This document shows, piece after piece, positions 38,778 to 48,819 of a stretch of 64,000 nucleotides of DNA; within the stretch, counting starts at the first letter, position 1, and the number at the start of each line of letters is the position of its first letter. The notes under the pieces were generated by a model. It ran no database searches. It had not been told where the DNA came from and saw only the letters and a list, made by a program, of their open reading frames with translations. Position numbers and translations under genes: made by a program. The stretch spans positions 809 to 64,808 of the forward strand of contig JBDRFG010000106.1 in assembly GCA_043819135.1 (NCBI GenBank), in the 5' to 3' direction. This DNA is from Candidatus Eiseniibacteriota bacterium. Lineage in GTDB: Bacteria > Joyebacterota > Joyebacteria > Joyebacterales > Joyebacteraceae.

Positions 38778-38845
38778 GCCCCGCCTGCGGCCGCACCCGG
38801 CACGGCAACGCGCGGGAACGACATCACCCCGGGAGGAACAGAGGC

Positions 38846-40024
38846 GTGAGCACTATCGCCGGAAGCCCGAAGAAGGCCTTCGACGTGCTGGATTCCGCCT
38901 TCATGGAGCGCGCGTTCGAACTCGCGAGGCGCGGCCGCGGGGCGACCAGCCCGAATCCGGTCGTCGGCGCCGTGATCGTCAAGGACGGCGAGGTCGTGGG
39001 AGCGGGCTATCACGAACGGTACGGAGGCCCTCATGCCGAGGTCAACGCCATCGCCGAGGCTGGCGAGAAGACGTCCGGCGCGACGCTCTACGTGACGCTC
39101 GAACCATGTTGTATCTCGGGTAACACGCCGCCCTGCACCAACGCGGTAATCGCGGCCGGCATCAGTAGGGTCGTGGTTCCCATCGAGGATCCGAACCCGA
39201 AGGTCTCGGGACGCGGTCTGTCCATCTTGCGAGAGGCGGGCGTCGAGGTGGACTTCGGCCTGATGCGCGACGCGGCGCGGACCCTGAACGCGCCTTACTT
39301 CAAGTTCCGACGAACCGCACTGCCGTTCACGACGCTTAAGCTTGCGCTCTCGCTGGACGGACGGATCGCGCCGCCCACGGGCGGCCCCCGCTGGACCTCG
39401 TCGCGCGCGTCGCGCGCGCTGGTCCACTCGATGCGGGCAGAGGCCGACTGCGTAATGGTCGGTGTCGGAACGGTGCTTGCTGACGACCCGCGGTTGACGG
39501 CCAGGAGGGTGGACGACGCGGGACCGGGCGCCGGCGATGTCCGACAGCCCGTTCGGCTGGTCCTGGACACCCACCTGCGCGTTCCCCTGGATTCGGAGGT
39601 GGTCACGGGCGCACGCGAGGTCAGAACCATCGTGGCCGGCGGCGAGAACGCGAGCGGTTCGGCGGCCGGCGCTCTCGAGGAGAAAGGCGTCGAGATCTGG
39701 CGGTGCAAGGAATCCGACGGGACGCTCGACCTTCGCGACGTGCTCAAGCGCGCCGCCTCTGATGGACTCATCTCGGTCCTCGCCGAGGGGGGCGCCACGG
39801 TGGCGACTTCGCTCTTGTCAGATGGGCTGGTGGACCGCGTGGCCTTCTTCGTGGCGCCCAGGCTCTACGGCGCGGCCGGGCTGCCCGCGCTGGCTTCGCT
39901 CGACGAGCGCTGGTGGGGCGGGGGCTCGAGGTTTGTCGGCGGAAGGTGGACGGAGATCGGCGGGGACTGCTTGTTCGAGGCCGATGTGCTCACGGCGGAC
40001 CCTGAAGCCGCAGAGGAGGAGTGA
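38846..40024 (+). CDS. ribD: bifunctional diaminohydroxyphosphoribosylaminopyrimidine deaminase / 5-amino-6-(5-phosphoribosylamino)uracil reductase
   Basis: The deaminase zinc motifs HAEVNA and PCC...PPC are present, followed by a C-terminal reductase domain. I start it at the GTG at 38846, which has GGGAGGAACAGAGGC upstream. The track ORF starting at 38756 would overlap the terminator. Confidence 0.8.
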   Translation: MSTIAGSPKKAFDVLDSAFMERAFELARRGRGATSPNPVVGAVIVKDGEVVGAGYHERYGGPHAEVNAIAEAGEKTSGATLYVTLEPCCISGNTPPCTNAVIAAGISRVVVPIEDPNPKVSGRGLSILREAGVEVDFGLMRDAARTLNAPYFKFRRTALPFTTLKLALSLDGRIAPPTGGPRWTSSRASRALVHSMRAEADCVMVGVGTVLADDPRLTARRVDDAGPGAGDVRQPVRLVLDTHLRVPLDSEVVTGAREVRTIVAGGENASGSAAGALEEKGVEIWRCKESDGTLDLRDVLKRAASDGLISVLAEGGATVATSLLSDGLVDRVAFFVAPRLYGAAGLPALASLDERWWGGGSRFVGGRWTEIGGDCLFEADVLTADPEAAEEE

Positions 40025-40025
40025 C

Positions 40026-40697
40026 GTGTTCACTGGACTGGTGGAGGCGAAGGGCAGAGTGGCGCGTGTCCGCAGGACGAGCGGCGGCGCCACCGTTCGC
40101 ATCGCGGCACCCTTCTCGCCGGAACTCGAGCGCGGTGAGAGCGTGTCGGTGAACGGAGTCTGCCAGACCGTCGTGCGCTCAGACGCCTCGGGATTCGAGG
40201 TGGACGTCGTCAGGCAGACGATGTTGGTCACCACTATCGGGGACTTGAGAAGTGGCAGTGAGGTCAACCTCGAGCGAGCGTTCAGACTGGGCGACAGACT
40301 AGGAGGGCACCTGGTCGCGGGACACGTCGACGGGGCCGCGCGCGTGACGGCGCTCAGACAGGACGCGAACGGAACACGGCTCTCGCTTGAGCTGCCAGAG
40401 GGCCTGTCCAGGTACGTCGTGCCGAGAGGCTCCATAGCGGTGGACGGCGTCAGCCTGACCGTCGCCGAGGTCTCGGGCGCGCTCGTGACCGTCGCGCTCA
40501 TCCCGGAGACGCTCCGAGCCACTCTGGCCGGAACGTATCGCCCAGGGACGAGAGTCAACGTAGAGACCGATCTCCTGGCCAAGCACACGGAGAAGCTCCT
40601 GAGGGGTAGCGAAGAGGACGGTCAGCCGGAACAGCGGGGCGAGAGCGCCGGAGGGCTGACAGAGAAGCGGCTCAGGGAACTGGGATTCACGGGGTAA
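40026..40697 (+). CDS. ribE: riboflavin synthase alpha chain
   Basis: The sequence begins [11 protein letters not shown]...SVNGVCQTV and has the two lumazine-binding repeats ([11 protein letters not shown]). The GTG at 40026 lies 2 nt after the ribD stop. Confidence 0.8.
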   Translation: MFTGLVEAKGRVARVRRTSGGATVRIAAPFSPELERGESVSVNGVCQTVVRSDASGFEVDVVRQTMLVTTIGDLRSGSEVNLERAFRLGDRLGGHLVAGHVDGAARVTALRQDANGTRLSLELPEGLSRYVVPRGSIAVDGVSLTVAEVSGALVTVALIPETLRATLAGTYRPGTRVNVETDLLAKHTEKLLRGSEEDGQPEQRGESAGGLTEKRLRELGFTG

Positions 40698-40702
40698 CAA
40701 CC

Positions 40703-41962
40703 ATGAAACAAGATGTCGAGAGGGTGGAGGCCGCGATAGAGGAAGTCCGGCAGGGCAGGATGGTCATCGTGGTTGATGACGAGACCAGGGAGAACGAGGG
40801 AGACCTGATCATGGCCGCGGAGAAGGTGACACCGGCGGCGATCAACTTCATCTCCCGTGAGGGGAGGGGGCTCATCTGCGTTCCGATGACCGGCGCGCGA
40901 CTTGATGAACTGGACCTCCATCCGATGGTCGGGAAGAACACGTCGATCATGGGCACGGCCTTCGCCGTGTCCGTCGACGCCGTCCGAGGTACGACGACCG
41001 GCATCTCGGCGCACGACCGGGCCACCACCATCAAGGCTCTGGTCGACTCGAACACCCGGCCGTCCGACCTCGGGAGGCCCGGTCACGTATTCCCACTGAG
41101 GGCAAGCGAGGGCGGCGTGCTGAAGCGGGCGGGCCACACGGAGGCTGCCGTGGACCTCTCCAGACTCGCCGGTCTCATGCCCGCCGGGGTCCTCTGTGAA
41201 ATCATGGGTGAGGACGGGAGCATGGCGAGGATGCCTGAGCTCGAGCAGATGGCGAAACGTTTCGACATGCGCATAGTGAGCGTCCGCTCGCTGATAGAGT
41301 ACCGCCAGTCGACGGAGAGACTGGTGCGCGCCGTGGCTCGAACGGTTCTGCCAACGAGGTACGGTGAGTTCGATCTCACGCTGTACGAGAGCGACCTCGA
41401 CGACAACCCCCACCTGGCGCTCGTCAAGGGGAACCCCGGACCGGACAAGGACGTGCTGGTCCGAGTCCATTCGGAGTGTCTGACGGGCGACGTGTTCGGC
41501 TCGGCGAGATGCGATTGCGGAGACCAGCTGGGACATGCGCTCATGGCAATAGAGCGTGAGGGCGAAGGCGTCTTCCTCTACATGCGCCAGGAAGGTAGAG
41601 GCATAGGCCTCCGCAACAAGATCAAGGCATACGAACTTCAGGACCGCGGCAGGGACACGGTGGAGGCCAACGAGGAGCTGGGCTTCGACGCCGACCTTCG
41701 CGACTACGGCATCGGGGCGCAGATCCTAGCGGACCTGGGGGTCCGCCGCATCAGGCTCTTGACAAACAACCCGAAGAAGGTGGTCGGCCTCGAGGGCTAC
41801 GGCCTGACCATCGTGGAAAGAGTAGGGATAGAGATAGAACCCAACGAGAAGAACAGAAGGTATCTGACGACCAAGAGGGAGAAACTGGGGCACTTACTGG
41901 AGTTTGAGAGCTGTGCAGTAGGCGAGAACGGGTGCGGCTCCGATGCGGAGCACGACGACTAG
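40703..41962 (+). CDS. ribBA: bifunctional 3,4-dihydroxy-2-butanone-4-phosphate synthase / GTP cyclohydrolase II
   Basis: The DHBP synthase domain has RENEGDL. The GTP cyclohydrolase II domain has the zinc ligands CxxGxxxxSxRCDC ([16 protein letters not shown]). Confidence 0.9.
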   Translation: MKQDVERVEAAIEEVRQGRMVIVVDDETRENEGDLIMAAEKVTPAAINFISREGRGLICVPMTGARLDELDLHPMVGKNTSIMGTAFAVSVDAVRGTTTGISAHDRATTIKALVDSNTRPSDLGRPGHVFPLRASEGGVLKRAGHTEAAVDLSRLAGLMPAGVLCEIMGEDGSMARMPELEQMAKRFDMRIVSVRSLIEYRQSTERLVRAVARTVLPTRYGEFDLTLYESDLDDNPHLALVKGNPGPDKDVLVRVHSECLTGDVFGSARCDCGDQLGHALMAIEREGEGVFLYMRQEGRGIGLRNKIKAYELQDRGRDTVEANEELGFDADLRDYGIGAQILADLGVRRIRLLTNNPKKVVGLEGYGLTIVERVGIEIEPNEKNRRYLTTKREKLGHLLEFESCAVGENGCGSDAEHDD

Positions 41963-41978
41963 CGGAGGGGATTCAGAC

Positions 41979-42446
41979 ATGAGCACAGTCTACGAGGGGA
42001 ACATCACAGGTAGGGGACGTAAGTTCGCCGTCGTCGTCTCGAGGTTCAACGAATTCGTGTCGCTGAGGCTTCTGGAAGGCGCGATGGACTGCCTGAGAAG
42101 ACACGGAACGGCCGACGATGACATCACCGTGGCCTGGGTGCCCGGCGCATTCGACATCCCGGCGGTCGCCAAAAGAATGGGTGACGCCGGAAGTTACGAT
42201 GCGGTAATATGTTTGGGCGTGGTCATACGTGGGGCGACCCCGCATTTTGACTACGTGGCATCGGAAGTCGCGAAGGGTGTCGCTCACGTGGCGGCTGAAA
42301 CGGGCGTCCCGGCGGTGTTCGGAGTGATCACCGCGGACAGCCTCGAGCAGGCCATGGAACGGGCCGGGTCGAAGAGCGGAAACAGGGGCTGGGACGCCGC
42401 GCAGTCGGCCATGGAACTGGCCGACCTCTACGCGGCGATGGAATAG
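41979..42446 (+). CDS. ribH: 6,7-dimethyl-8-ribityllumazine synthase
   Basis: [12 protein letters not shown]...GAFDIP...[17 protein letters not shown] matches lumazine synthase. The ATG at 41979 has GGAGGGG upstream. Confidence 0.85.
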   Translation: MSTVYEGNITGRGRKFAVVVSRFNEFVSLRLLEGAMDCLRRHGTADDDITVAWVPGAFDIPAVAKRMGDAGSYDAVICLGVVIRGATPHFDYVASEVAKGVAHVAAETGVPAVFGVITADSLEQAMERAGSKSGNRGWDAAQSAMELADLYAAME

Positions 42447-42472
42447 CAGGAGTTGGGAGGGGCGTTCCGCTC

Positions 42473-42886
42473 ATGGAAGTCAGAAGGCAAGGTCGCGAAC
42501 TAGCCGTGATGCTCCTGTACCGCGAGAAGCTGACGGGGTTGACGGATCTGGGCATACCGGACATCGACGATGCCGCCGCAGAAGCTCGTGCATTCGCGGC
42601 CACACTCGTTTCCGGGGTGCGTGAGGGGCTCGAGGGCATCGACAGCGCCATAGCCGGCGCCAGCGAGCACTGGGACATCTCGCGGATGGGCATTGTGGAC
42701 CTCACGGTGCTCCGCATAGGTGTGTACGAGCTGTTCGAACGGCCCGACACGCCCGTGGGGGTCATCATCAACGAGGCCGTCGAGATCGCTCGCAAGTTCA
42801 GCTCAGACGAGTGTGGCAAGTTCGTCAACGGGGTTCTGGACCGGATAGCAGGCGACGTCAGGTACGGATCGAAGGCGGAGGGCTGA
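42473..42886 (+). CDS. nusB: transcription antitermination factor NusB
   Basis: RELAVMLLYR...INEAVEIARKF...KFVNGVLDRI matches NusB. It lies downstream of the rib genes, as in many bacteria. Confidence 0.85.
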   Translation: MEVRRQGRELAVMLLYREKLTGLTDLGIPDIDDAAAEARAFAATLVSGVREGLEGIDSAIAGASEHWDISRMGIVDLTVLRIGVYELFERPDTPVGVIINEAVEIARKFSSDECGKFVNGVLDRIAGDVRYGSKAEG

Positions 42887-42896
42887 GAGACTTCCC

Positions 42897-43622
42897 GTGC
42901 GATACGCCATCCTGAGCGACATACACGCCAACTACGAGGCGTTCACAGCGGTGCTCGAGGCGATCGACGCGATGAAAGTCGACGGCATTATGTGCCTCGG
43001 CGACGTCGTGGGCTACGGCGCCAATCCCAACGAGGTGGTGGAACTCACGAGAGAGCGGGCCGATGTGACCACGAAGGGCAATCACGACCATGCCGCGGTT
43101 GACCCGGCCGAGGAGGCCTATTTCAACTCGTGGGCGGTCCAGGCTATTCGATGGACTCGCGACGAACTGACCGAGGAGAATCTGGAGTACCTCAGGAGCC
43201 TGCCGTACGAGAGCCTCCTTCCGGACGCCCGGCTCGTTCACGCGTCCCCGGGAGAGCCCGAGAGGTGGCACTACGTGTTGAGCCCGCAGGCCGCGGCCAG
43301 GGAGTTCTCGACCTTCGAGGAGTCGTTCTGCTTCATCGGGCACTCACACGTTCCGATGATGGTTCTGAGAACCGAGGTGGGAACGAGCGAACTCCTGGAG
43401 GGCGAGGTCGCGCTGCCCGCGGGGGCACGCGTGTTGATAAACGTGGGCAGCGTGGGGCAGCCGCGCAACGGCGACCCGCGAGCGTCTTTCGCCGTGCTGG
43501 ACCTCGAGGACAGGAGCGCGCGGCTCGTGCGGGTCGCGTACGACCTCCAAACGGCCAGGACGAAGATAATCGAGGCGGGGCTCCCGAGATTCCTCGGAGA
43601 CAGGCTTCTGCTCGGGCAGTAG
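42897..43622 (+). CDS. metallophosphoesterase (calcineurin-like MPP superfamily, YfcE-like)
   Basis: MRYAILSDIHAN..., GDVVGYG, GNHD and GHSH metal-binding motifs are present. Confidence 0.7.
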   Translation: MRYAILSDIHANYEAFTAVLEAIDAMKVDGIMCLGDVVGYGANPNEVVELTRERADVTTKGNHDHAAVDPAEEAYFNSWAVQAIRWTRDELTEENLEYLRSLPYESLLPDARLVHASPGEPERWHYVLSPQAAAREFSTFEESFCFIGHSHVPMMVLRTEVGTSELLEGEVALPAGARVLINVGSVGQPRNGDPRASFAVLDLEDRSARLVRVAYDLQTARTKIIEAGLPRFLGDRLLLGQ

Positions 43623-43644
43623 CGAGACTACCGGAGGCTAAGAC

Positions 43645-44577
43645 GTGCTGACTGCAAGCGTCGGCGTGATGGCATACAACGAAGAGCAGAACATCGACAA
43701 GCTGCTGGCCGCGCTCACCAGCCAGTCGCTCGAGCGCGTGGATATGCGTCAGATAGTCGTCGTGTCCAGCGGCTCGACCGATCGTACGGACGACATCGTT
43801 CGCGAATGGGCCGACAAAGACCAGCGCATCTCGCTCATCAGGCAGGAATCGCGCGAGGGCAAGGCGTCCGCCATCAACCTGTTCCTCGACGCGGCCGACG
43901 CCGACGTCTTCGTACTCGAGAGCGGCGACACCATCCCCGCGCCCGACTGCGTGGAGCACATGCTGGCGCCCTTCGAGAACCCGAATGTGGGGATGACCGG
44001 CGGCCGGCCGACACCCGTCGACGACCCGAACACCTTCATGGGATTCGTGGTGCACATGCTCTGGCGTCTTCACCATATGCTGGCGCTCAAGTCGCCGAAG
44101 CTCGGAGAGATGGTCGCGTTTCGGTCCTTCGTCCGTTCGATCCCGCCTGATACGGCCGTCGACGAAGCCAGCATAGAGGCCATCGTGATCGAACGCGGCA
44201 GTTCCCTGGCCTACGTACCTGAAGCGATCATCTACAACAAGGGCGCGTCGACGGTGGGCGATTTTCTCAAGCAGAGACGGCGCATATACGCCGGTCATAT
44301 CTGGCTGTCGAAGGTCCAGTCCTACGAGGTCTCGACGAAGAGGGTCGGAGGCATCGTCTCCGTCCTCCTGGAAGACCTCACGCCTTCGCCGCGCGCGCTG
44401 CTCTGGACCGCGGGCGGCGTCTTCCTCGAGTTCGTGGGGCGTCTTCTGGGCGCGATCGACTACTACGTGATGAAGAAGAACCCCTATACCTGGGAAGTGT
44501 CCCGAAGCACAAAGAGCCTCGATGCGCCCGCGACTCACGACACAGGAGCCAGGGGGGCGGGGGCGGTCGATGGTTGA
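43645..44577 (+). CDS. family 2 glycosyltransferase
   Basis: The N-terminal GT-A motif is VGVMAYNEEQNI..., with a DxD-like ESGD and R/K..YAG. This is the first gene of the glycan locus. Confidence 0.65.
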   Translation: MLTASVGVMAYNEEQNIDKLLAALTSQSLERVDMRQIVVVSSGSTDRTDDIVREWADKDQRISLIRQESREGKASAINLFLDAADADVFVLESGDTIPAPDCVEHMLAPFENPNVGMTGGRPTPVDDPNTFMGFVVHMLWRLHHMLALKSPKLGEMVAFRSFVRSIPPDTAVDEASIEAIVIERGSSLAYVPEAIIYNKGASTVGDFLKQRRRIYAGHIWLSKVQSYEVSTKRVGGIVSVLLEDLTPSPRALLWTAGGVFLEFVGRLLGAIDYYVMKKNPYTWEVSRSTKSLDAPATHDTGARGAGAVDG

Positions 44578-45655
44578 GATTCTCGCGAAGATCCCACTCT
44601 ACAAGTTGGCTCACGCGACCGGGTGGCCAAGGATCCTCCCGCTCAACCTCACGGTCAGCGTGACCTACCGCTGCAACTCCAGGTGCCTCACGTGCAACGT
44701 CTACACCAAGGACGCTCGTGAATTCACGGCCGAGGAGTTCGACCGAACGTTTCGCTCGCTCGGCCGCGCGCCTTACTGGTACACGATGAGCGGCGGGGAG
44801 CCGTTCCTTCGGTCCGACCTTCCCGACATCTGCGAGAGCGCGTACCGGAACGGACGCCCCGGGATCATCAACATTCCGACAAACGGGCTTCTCTCATCCC
44901 GGATCCCAGCGATGGTAGAGGACCTTGCCGGACGCTGCCCGAAGACGCAGGTCATCATCAACCTGTCGCTGGACGGCGTCGGAGAGGAGCACGACCGGAT
45001 CCGTGGCAGAGACGGGAGCTTCGAGAAGGCCGTCGAGACCTACCGGGGATTGAGGGCGCTCAAGTCACCGAACCTCACGGTGGGCGTTCACACGGTCATC
45101 TCGGTGCACAACGTCGAGCGAATACGATCGATCTACGAATACGTCGTCCGCGAACTCGCGCCGGACTCGTTCATCACGGAGATAGCCGAGGAGCGCGTGG
45201 AGCTCGAGACTCTCGGGGCGTCTATCACACCGACGGCAACCGCTTACGCCGTGGCCGTCGACTTTCTGATCGCCAGGATCAAGGAGCAGGACTACTCAGG
45301 CATCTCGCGCGTCACCCAGTCGTTCAGGGTGCGCTACTATGAGCTCGTGAAGCGATACCTCGCGTCGGGCGCGCAGCCGATCCCGTGCTATGCGGGAGTG
45401 GCGTCGGCCCAGATCGCGCCGGACGGACACGTGTGGTTCTGCTGCATCAAGGCCGAGTCGATGGGAAATCTGCGCGACGTCGACTTCGACTTCAGCCGCA
45501 TCTGGTACGGCGAGAAGGCGATGGAGGAACGGAAGAGGATCCGGGCGGGCGAGTGCGCGTGTCCGCTGGCGAACGCCGGCTACACGAACATGCTGATGCA
45601 CGTGCCGACCGTCACCGGCGTGGCCTTCGAGGTCGCATCGGGAGGGCGGCGGTAG
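44570..45655 (+). CDS. radical SAM protein with Cys-rich SPASM-like C-terminal region
   Basis: The CxxxCxxC triad CNSRCLTC is present with YTMSGGEPFL (the glycine-rich SAM motif). C-terminal cysteines are CYAGV...WFCC...GECACP. The start at 44570 overlaps the upstream GT2 gene by 8 nt. Confidence 0.7.
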   Translation: MVEILAKIPLYKLAHATGWPRILPLNLTVSVTYRCNSRCLTCNVYTKDAREFTAEEFDRTFRSLGRAPYWYTMSGGEPFLRSDLPDICESAYRNGRPGIINIPTNGLLSSRIPAMVEDLAGRCPKTQVIINLSLDGVGEEHDRIRGRDGSFEKAVETYRGLRALKSPNLTVGVHTVISVHNVERIRSIYEYVVRELAPDSFITEIAEERVELETLGASITPTATAYAVAVDFLIARIKEQDYSGISRVTQSFRVRYYELVKRYLASGAQPIPCYAGVASAQIAPDGHVWFCCIKAESMGNLRDVDFDFSRIWYGEKAMEERKRIRAGECACPLANAGYTNMLMHVPTVTGVAFEVASGGRR

Positions 45656-45712
45656 GAAGCCGGCCGCGGAGGCTCCGCGCCCGCTGCGAGAAAAGCGGTC
45701 GCTGGCATCTTT

Positions 45713-46870
45713 GTGAGGGAGAGCGTCGGAGTGGCGGTCTTTCTGGAAGAGATAGGACACCACAGGCTCGGCGATGTCCAGGATGCGATCGAACGCGCGC
45801 TGGACGCGCTCGGCGTGAACCTGTCGGGCAAGCACAGCGCGTTCATCAAACCGAACCTTGTGGTCGCTGCCAGCCCGAAGACCGCCGTAGTTACGCATCC
45901 CGTGGTGGTCGAGGCGCTCGTCAATGTGCTCCGGAAGCGGGGATTCACTTCCATCGCGATGGGCGACGGACCCGGGGTCGGACTCGACGTCGAGGAGGTC
46001 TTCCGCGTCACCGGCTACTCCAAGCTGGCCGCTCGGCTCGGTGTCGAACTCGTCAATCTGAACACGGCTGAGCGTCGGAAGAGGGAGTGGAAGTACGGGG
46101 AGTTGGGAGTTCCCGCGATCGTCGAAGACACCGACCTCTACGTCAACGTTCCGAAGCTCAAGACGCACGGCTACACGACGGTCACGCTCGCGGTCAAGAA
46201 CCACAAGGGGCTGCTGTCCGAGCCCGACAAGAAGCGCGATCACCAGCTGGGGCTGCACGACCCGCTGGCACAGCACGCCTCCATACGTCCGCCGGACCTC
46301 GTCGTGCTGGACGGCATCACCGGAGTCGAGGGCGACGGACCGCTTCACGGACGTGTCGTCAAGTCGCGCGTCTTCGCGGTCGGCACCAACATGCTTGAGG
46401 TCGATTCGGTGGCGGCGCGTCTGATGGGGTTCGACCCCATGAAGGTCGAACACCTGAGGCTCGCGCAGGAACTGGGAGTGGGCGACATGAACCCGGGGGT
46501 CATCGGCGCGGCGCCCTCCAGGGACTTCGAGCCGGCCAACGAGAACTTTGGGAGAGTAGTCAACATATACTCGTGGCGCGACCCGACCGCGTGCTCCATG
46601 TGCATAGACTCCTTCGGCGGCGCAGTGCAGCTGGCGATAAGACGGCCGAAGTACTGGTTCACGCTCGTGCCCAAGCTGGCGTACTGGGGCGTCTTCCGAA
46701 AACTGCACATCATCCAGGGGAAGGCCGCGAAAGTCCCGGACCAGCAGGGACGCGTGATCTGCCTCGGGCAGTGTACCCGGGGGCTTGCGGATAGGGAGGC
46801 GCTCACGCACCTCGCCGGGTGCCCGCCCACACCCGAGGAAGTAGCGGAAACACTCAGGAGGGAGCTCTGA
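45713..46870 (+). CDS. DUF362-family protein (putative Fe-S cluster-binding)
   Basis: The length and architecture are typical of DUF362. Conserved PNLV, KTHGYT and GD.EGDGP segments and C-terminal cysteines (CSMC...CLGQC...C) are present. Confidence 0.55.
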   Translation: MRESVGVAVFLEEIGHHRLGDVQDAIERALDALGVNLSGKHSAFIKPNLVVAASPKTAVVTHPVVVEALVNVLRKRGFTSIAMGDGPGVGLDVEEVFRVTGYSKLAARLGVELVNLNTAERRKREWKYGELGVPAIVEDTDLYVNVPKLKTHGYTTVTLAVKNHKGLLSEPDKKRDHQLGLHDPLAQHASIRPPDLVVLDGITGVEGDGPLHGRVVKSRVFAVGTNMLEVDSVAARLMGFDPMKVEHLRLAQELGVGDMNPGVIGAAPSRDFEPANENFGRVVNIYSWRDPTACSMCIDSFGGAVQLAIRRPKYWFTLVPKLAYWGVFRKLHIIQGKAAKVPDQQGRVICLGQCTRGLADREALTHLAGCPPTPEEVAETLRREL

Positions 46871-46873
46871 CGG

Positions 46874-47728
46874 ATGCCGGCGACCGAGAAGGACACCGGG
46901 CTGGGAACCACGTACGAGCGCGTCGCCGTTGCGCGGCTGCTCGCAAGGCTCGCTGAGAGGCACACGATACACAAGGTCCTCGAGGGACCGACCGACGGCA
47001 TAACGGGCATCAGCGGGCTCAACAGCATCCCGCTGGCGCAGCGGGGCGCCTCCGTCGAGCTCGTGCTCGGCGAGCCGGACGAGGTCGCGCTCGCTGAGCG
47101 CGCATGGAGCGCTCTCGGCCTGAGTGACAGAGTGATCATCCGTTCGGCCGACGGGGATTCCCTCGGTGTCGAGCCGCGCTCGTTCGACCTCGTGTGGAAC
47201 TTCAATTCCCTGCCGCAGGTCGCCTCGGCCGACGCACTTCTCGACGAGATGTGCGAGGCGAGCGCGAGGTTCGTCATGGTCTTTGTCTCCAACACCTGGA
47301 ACTACGGGTTCCCCGTCCACCGCCTCCACCACAAGGCGGCGGGCGAGGCGTGGAGCCACGGCAACATCTCCGTGATGAACACAAGGGTGATCGCAAGGAA
47401 GCTCGCCGACCGGGGATTCGAGGTCGTGGAACGTTTGCTCGTCGACACGCCGTGGTGGCCGGACATCGACTCGCCGATAGAGGAAGTGGCCGCGACCTTC
47501 CTGCCGTTCCTGAAGAGGTTCGTCAGCGGCTCCAAGAGGTTGGAGAGGTACACCTGGACGATCGACACGCTGCCGTACTTCGACGAAGCACGCAGAACCA
47601 AGCTTCTGTCCGACATCGAGAAGCACTTCGCAATAGAGAACACCGGCTTCCCGCCGCTCAAGATCTTCTTCGCCCACCACAGAGGCGTGCTGGCGCAGAG
47701 GCTGAACGGCGAGGAGGCGTCGGCATGA
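46874..47728 (+). CDS. putative class I SAM-dependent methyltransferase-fold protein
   Basis: Rossmann-like motif I is VLEGPTDGITGISG. An acidic post-I residue (VELVLGEPDE) and motif II FDLVWNFNSL follow. The assignment is weak. Confidence 0.4.
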   Translation: MPATEKDTGLGTTYERVAVARLLARLAERHTIHKVLEGPTDGITGISGLNSIPLAQRGASVELVLGEPDEVALAERAWSALGLSDRVIIRSADGDSLGVEPRSFDLVWNFNSLPQVASADALLDEMCEASARFVMVFVSNTWNYGFPVHRLHHKAAGEAWSHGNISVMNTRVIARKLADRGFEVVERLLVDTPWWPDIDSPIEEVAATFLPFLKRFVSGSKRLERYTWTIDTLPYFDEARRTKLLSDIEKHFAIENTGFPPLKIFFAHHRGVLAQRLNGEEASA

Positions 47729-48819
47729 GCAGGCGACTTCGCATGTCGCTCGGGATAGTAGCGGGCGTCGTCCTGCTTGCGCTCGCACTCTGGGGCGTGG
47801 ACGCGGACGAGCTTCGGCGCAACATCGCCGGGGCGAACGCCGGGTGGCTCGTCGCCGCGGCGGTTCTCTACCTGACCGCCTATTTCGTGCGAAGCCTCAG
47901 ATGGCGGGCCATCCTTCGCCCCATCGCTTCGGTGCGCGTCTCCGAGAGCTTCCACATGCTCATGGCCGGGTACTTCCTCAACTACGTCATTCCGATCAGG
48001 GCGGGAGAGGTGGCGAAGTCGTTCTTTCTCAAACGGCTCAAGGGAATCCCGATCGCCACCAGCCTGCCGACGGTATTCGTGGACAAGCTCTTCGAACTCG
48101 TGTCCATCCTCTTCGTCGTCGCCATGGTGCCCATACTCTCCGTCAGCATGAGCGTCACGCTCGCTGCGCTTATCTATACGGTGCTGGCCATCTTCGTTCT
48201 GGCGATCGCCCTCCTGTTCTTCGCGTTCAGAAACCCGGAAGGCGCCTCGCGCCTTCTCTGCGGCCTCATCTCCTGGCTGCCCAAGAAGGTCTACGCCAGG
48301 TTGTCCGAGTTCATCGGGCTTTTCGTCCAGGGCATGGGGGTCGCAAGACGGGAGGCCCGCACGCTGTGGTCGTTCCTCGGGCTAACGGGTCTTGCGGTGC
48401 TCATAGACGGCCTGTACTTCTACTTCATGTTCAGAGCCTTCTCGGTGGATGTCGCCTTTACGCGAGTGCTCTTCGGGTATACTCTCCTGACGCTGTCGTA
48501 CATCCTGCCGACTCCTCCCGCGCAAATCGGCTACAACGAGTTTGTCATCGGGCTGATATTCGCGGGAGGCGTGGCAGCGGCCGGCATGGCGCGCCACGAG
48601 GTGATGGCGGTGATCATAGTCGCGCACGCCCTGACGGGGCTCCTGATAGCCGGCGTCGGCCTGTGGTCGTTCGGCGCGATGGGCATTAGGGTGGGAGAGA
48701 GCTTCAGGAATATCACGGGCGCCTACGGGCCGGGGCCGGACGGCCCGGCCGAGGGCGCAGCCAGTACCGGCGAAACGACGCGCGGACGGACGTGCAGCGG
48801 GAGGTCGGAACGTGGGTGA
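47725..48819 (+). CDS. flippase-like integral membrane protein (UPF0104 / lysylphosphatidylglycerol-synthase TM-domain family)
   Basis: The protein has about 8 TM helices. The conserved AGYFLNYVIPIRAGEVAKSFFLKR segment is typical of the family. The ATG overlaps the upstream stop as ATGA. Confidence 0.6.
   Translation: MSRRLRMSLGIVAGVVLLALALWGVDADELRRNIAGANAGWLVAAAVLYLTAYFVRSLRWRAILRPIASVRVSESFHMLMAGYFLNYVIPIRAGEVAKSFFLKRLKGIPIATSLPTVFVDKLFELVSILFVVAMVPILSVSMSVTLAALIYTVLAIFVLAIALLFFAFRNPEGASRLLCGLISWLPKKVYARLSEFIGLFVQGMGVARREARTLWSFLGLTGLAVLIDGLYFYFMFRAFSVDVAFTRVLFGYTLLTLSYILPTPPAQIGYNEFVIGLIFAGGVAAAGMARHEVMAVIIVAHALTGLLIAGVGLWSFGAMGIRVGESFRNITGAYGPGPDGPAEGAASTGETTRGRTCSGRSERG

Noticed and set aside
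38756-38845. Upstream extension of ribD (track ORF starting at 38756)
   Set aside because: It would begin inside the riboswitch terminator hairpin. The GTG at 38846 has a proper Shine-Dalgarno and gives a canonical RibD N-terminus.
45296-47788. 830-aa minus-strand ORF spanning the radical SAM, DUF362 and MTase-like genes
   Set aside because: It is an antisense shadow ORF in high-GC DNA. It has no motifs and the arginine-rich composition typical of out-of-frame GC-rich sequence.
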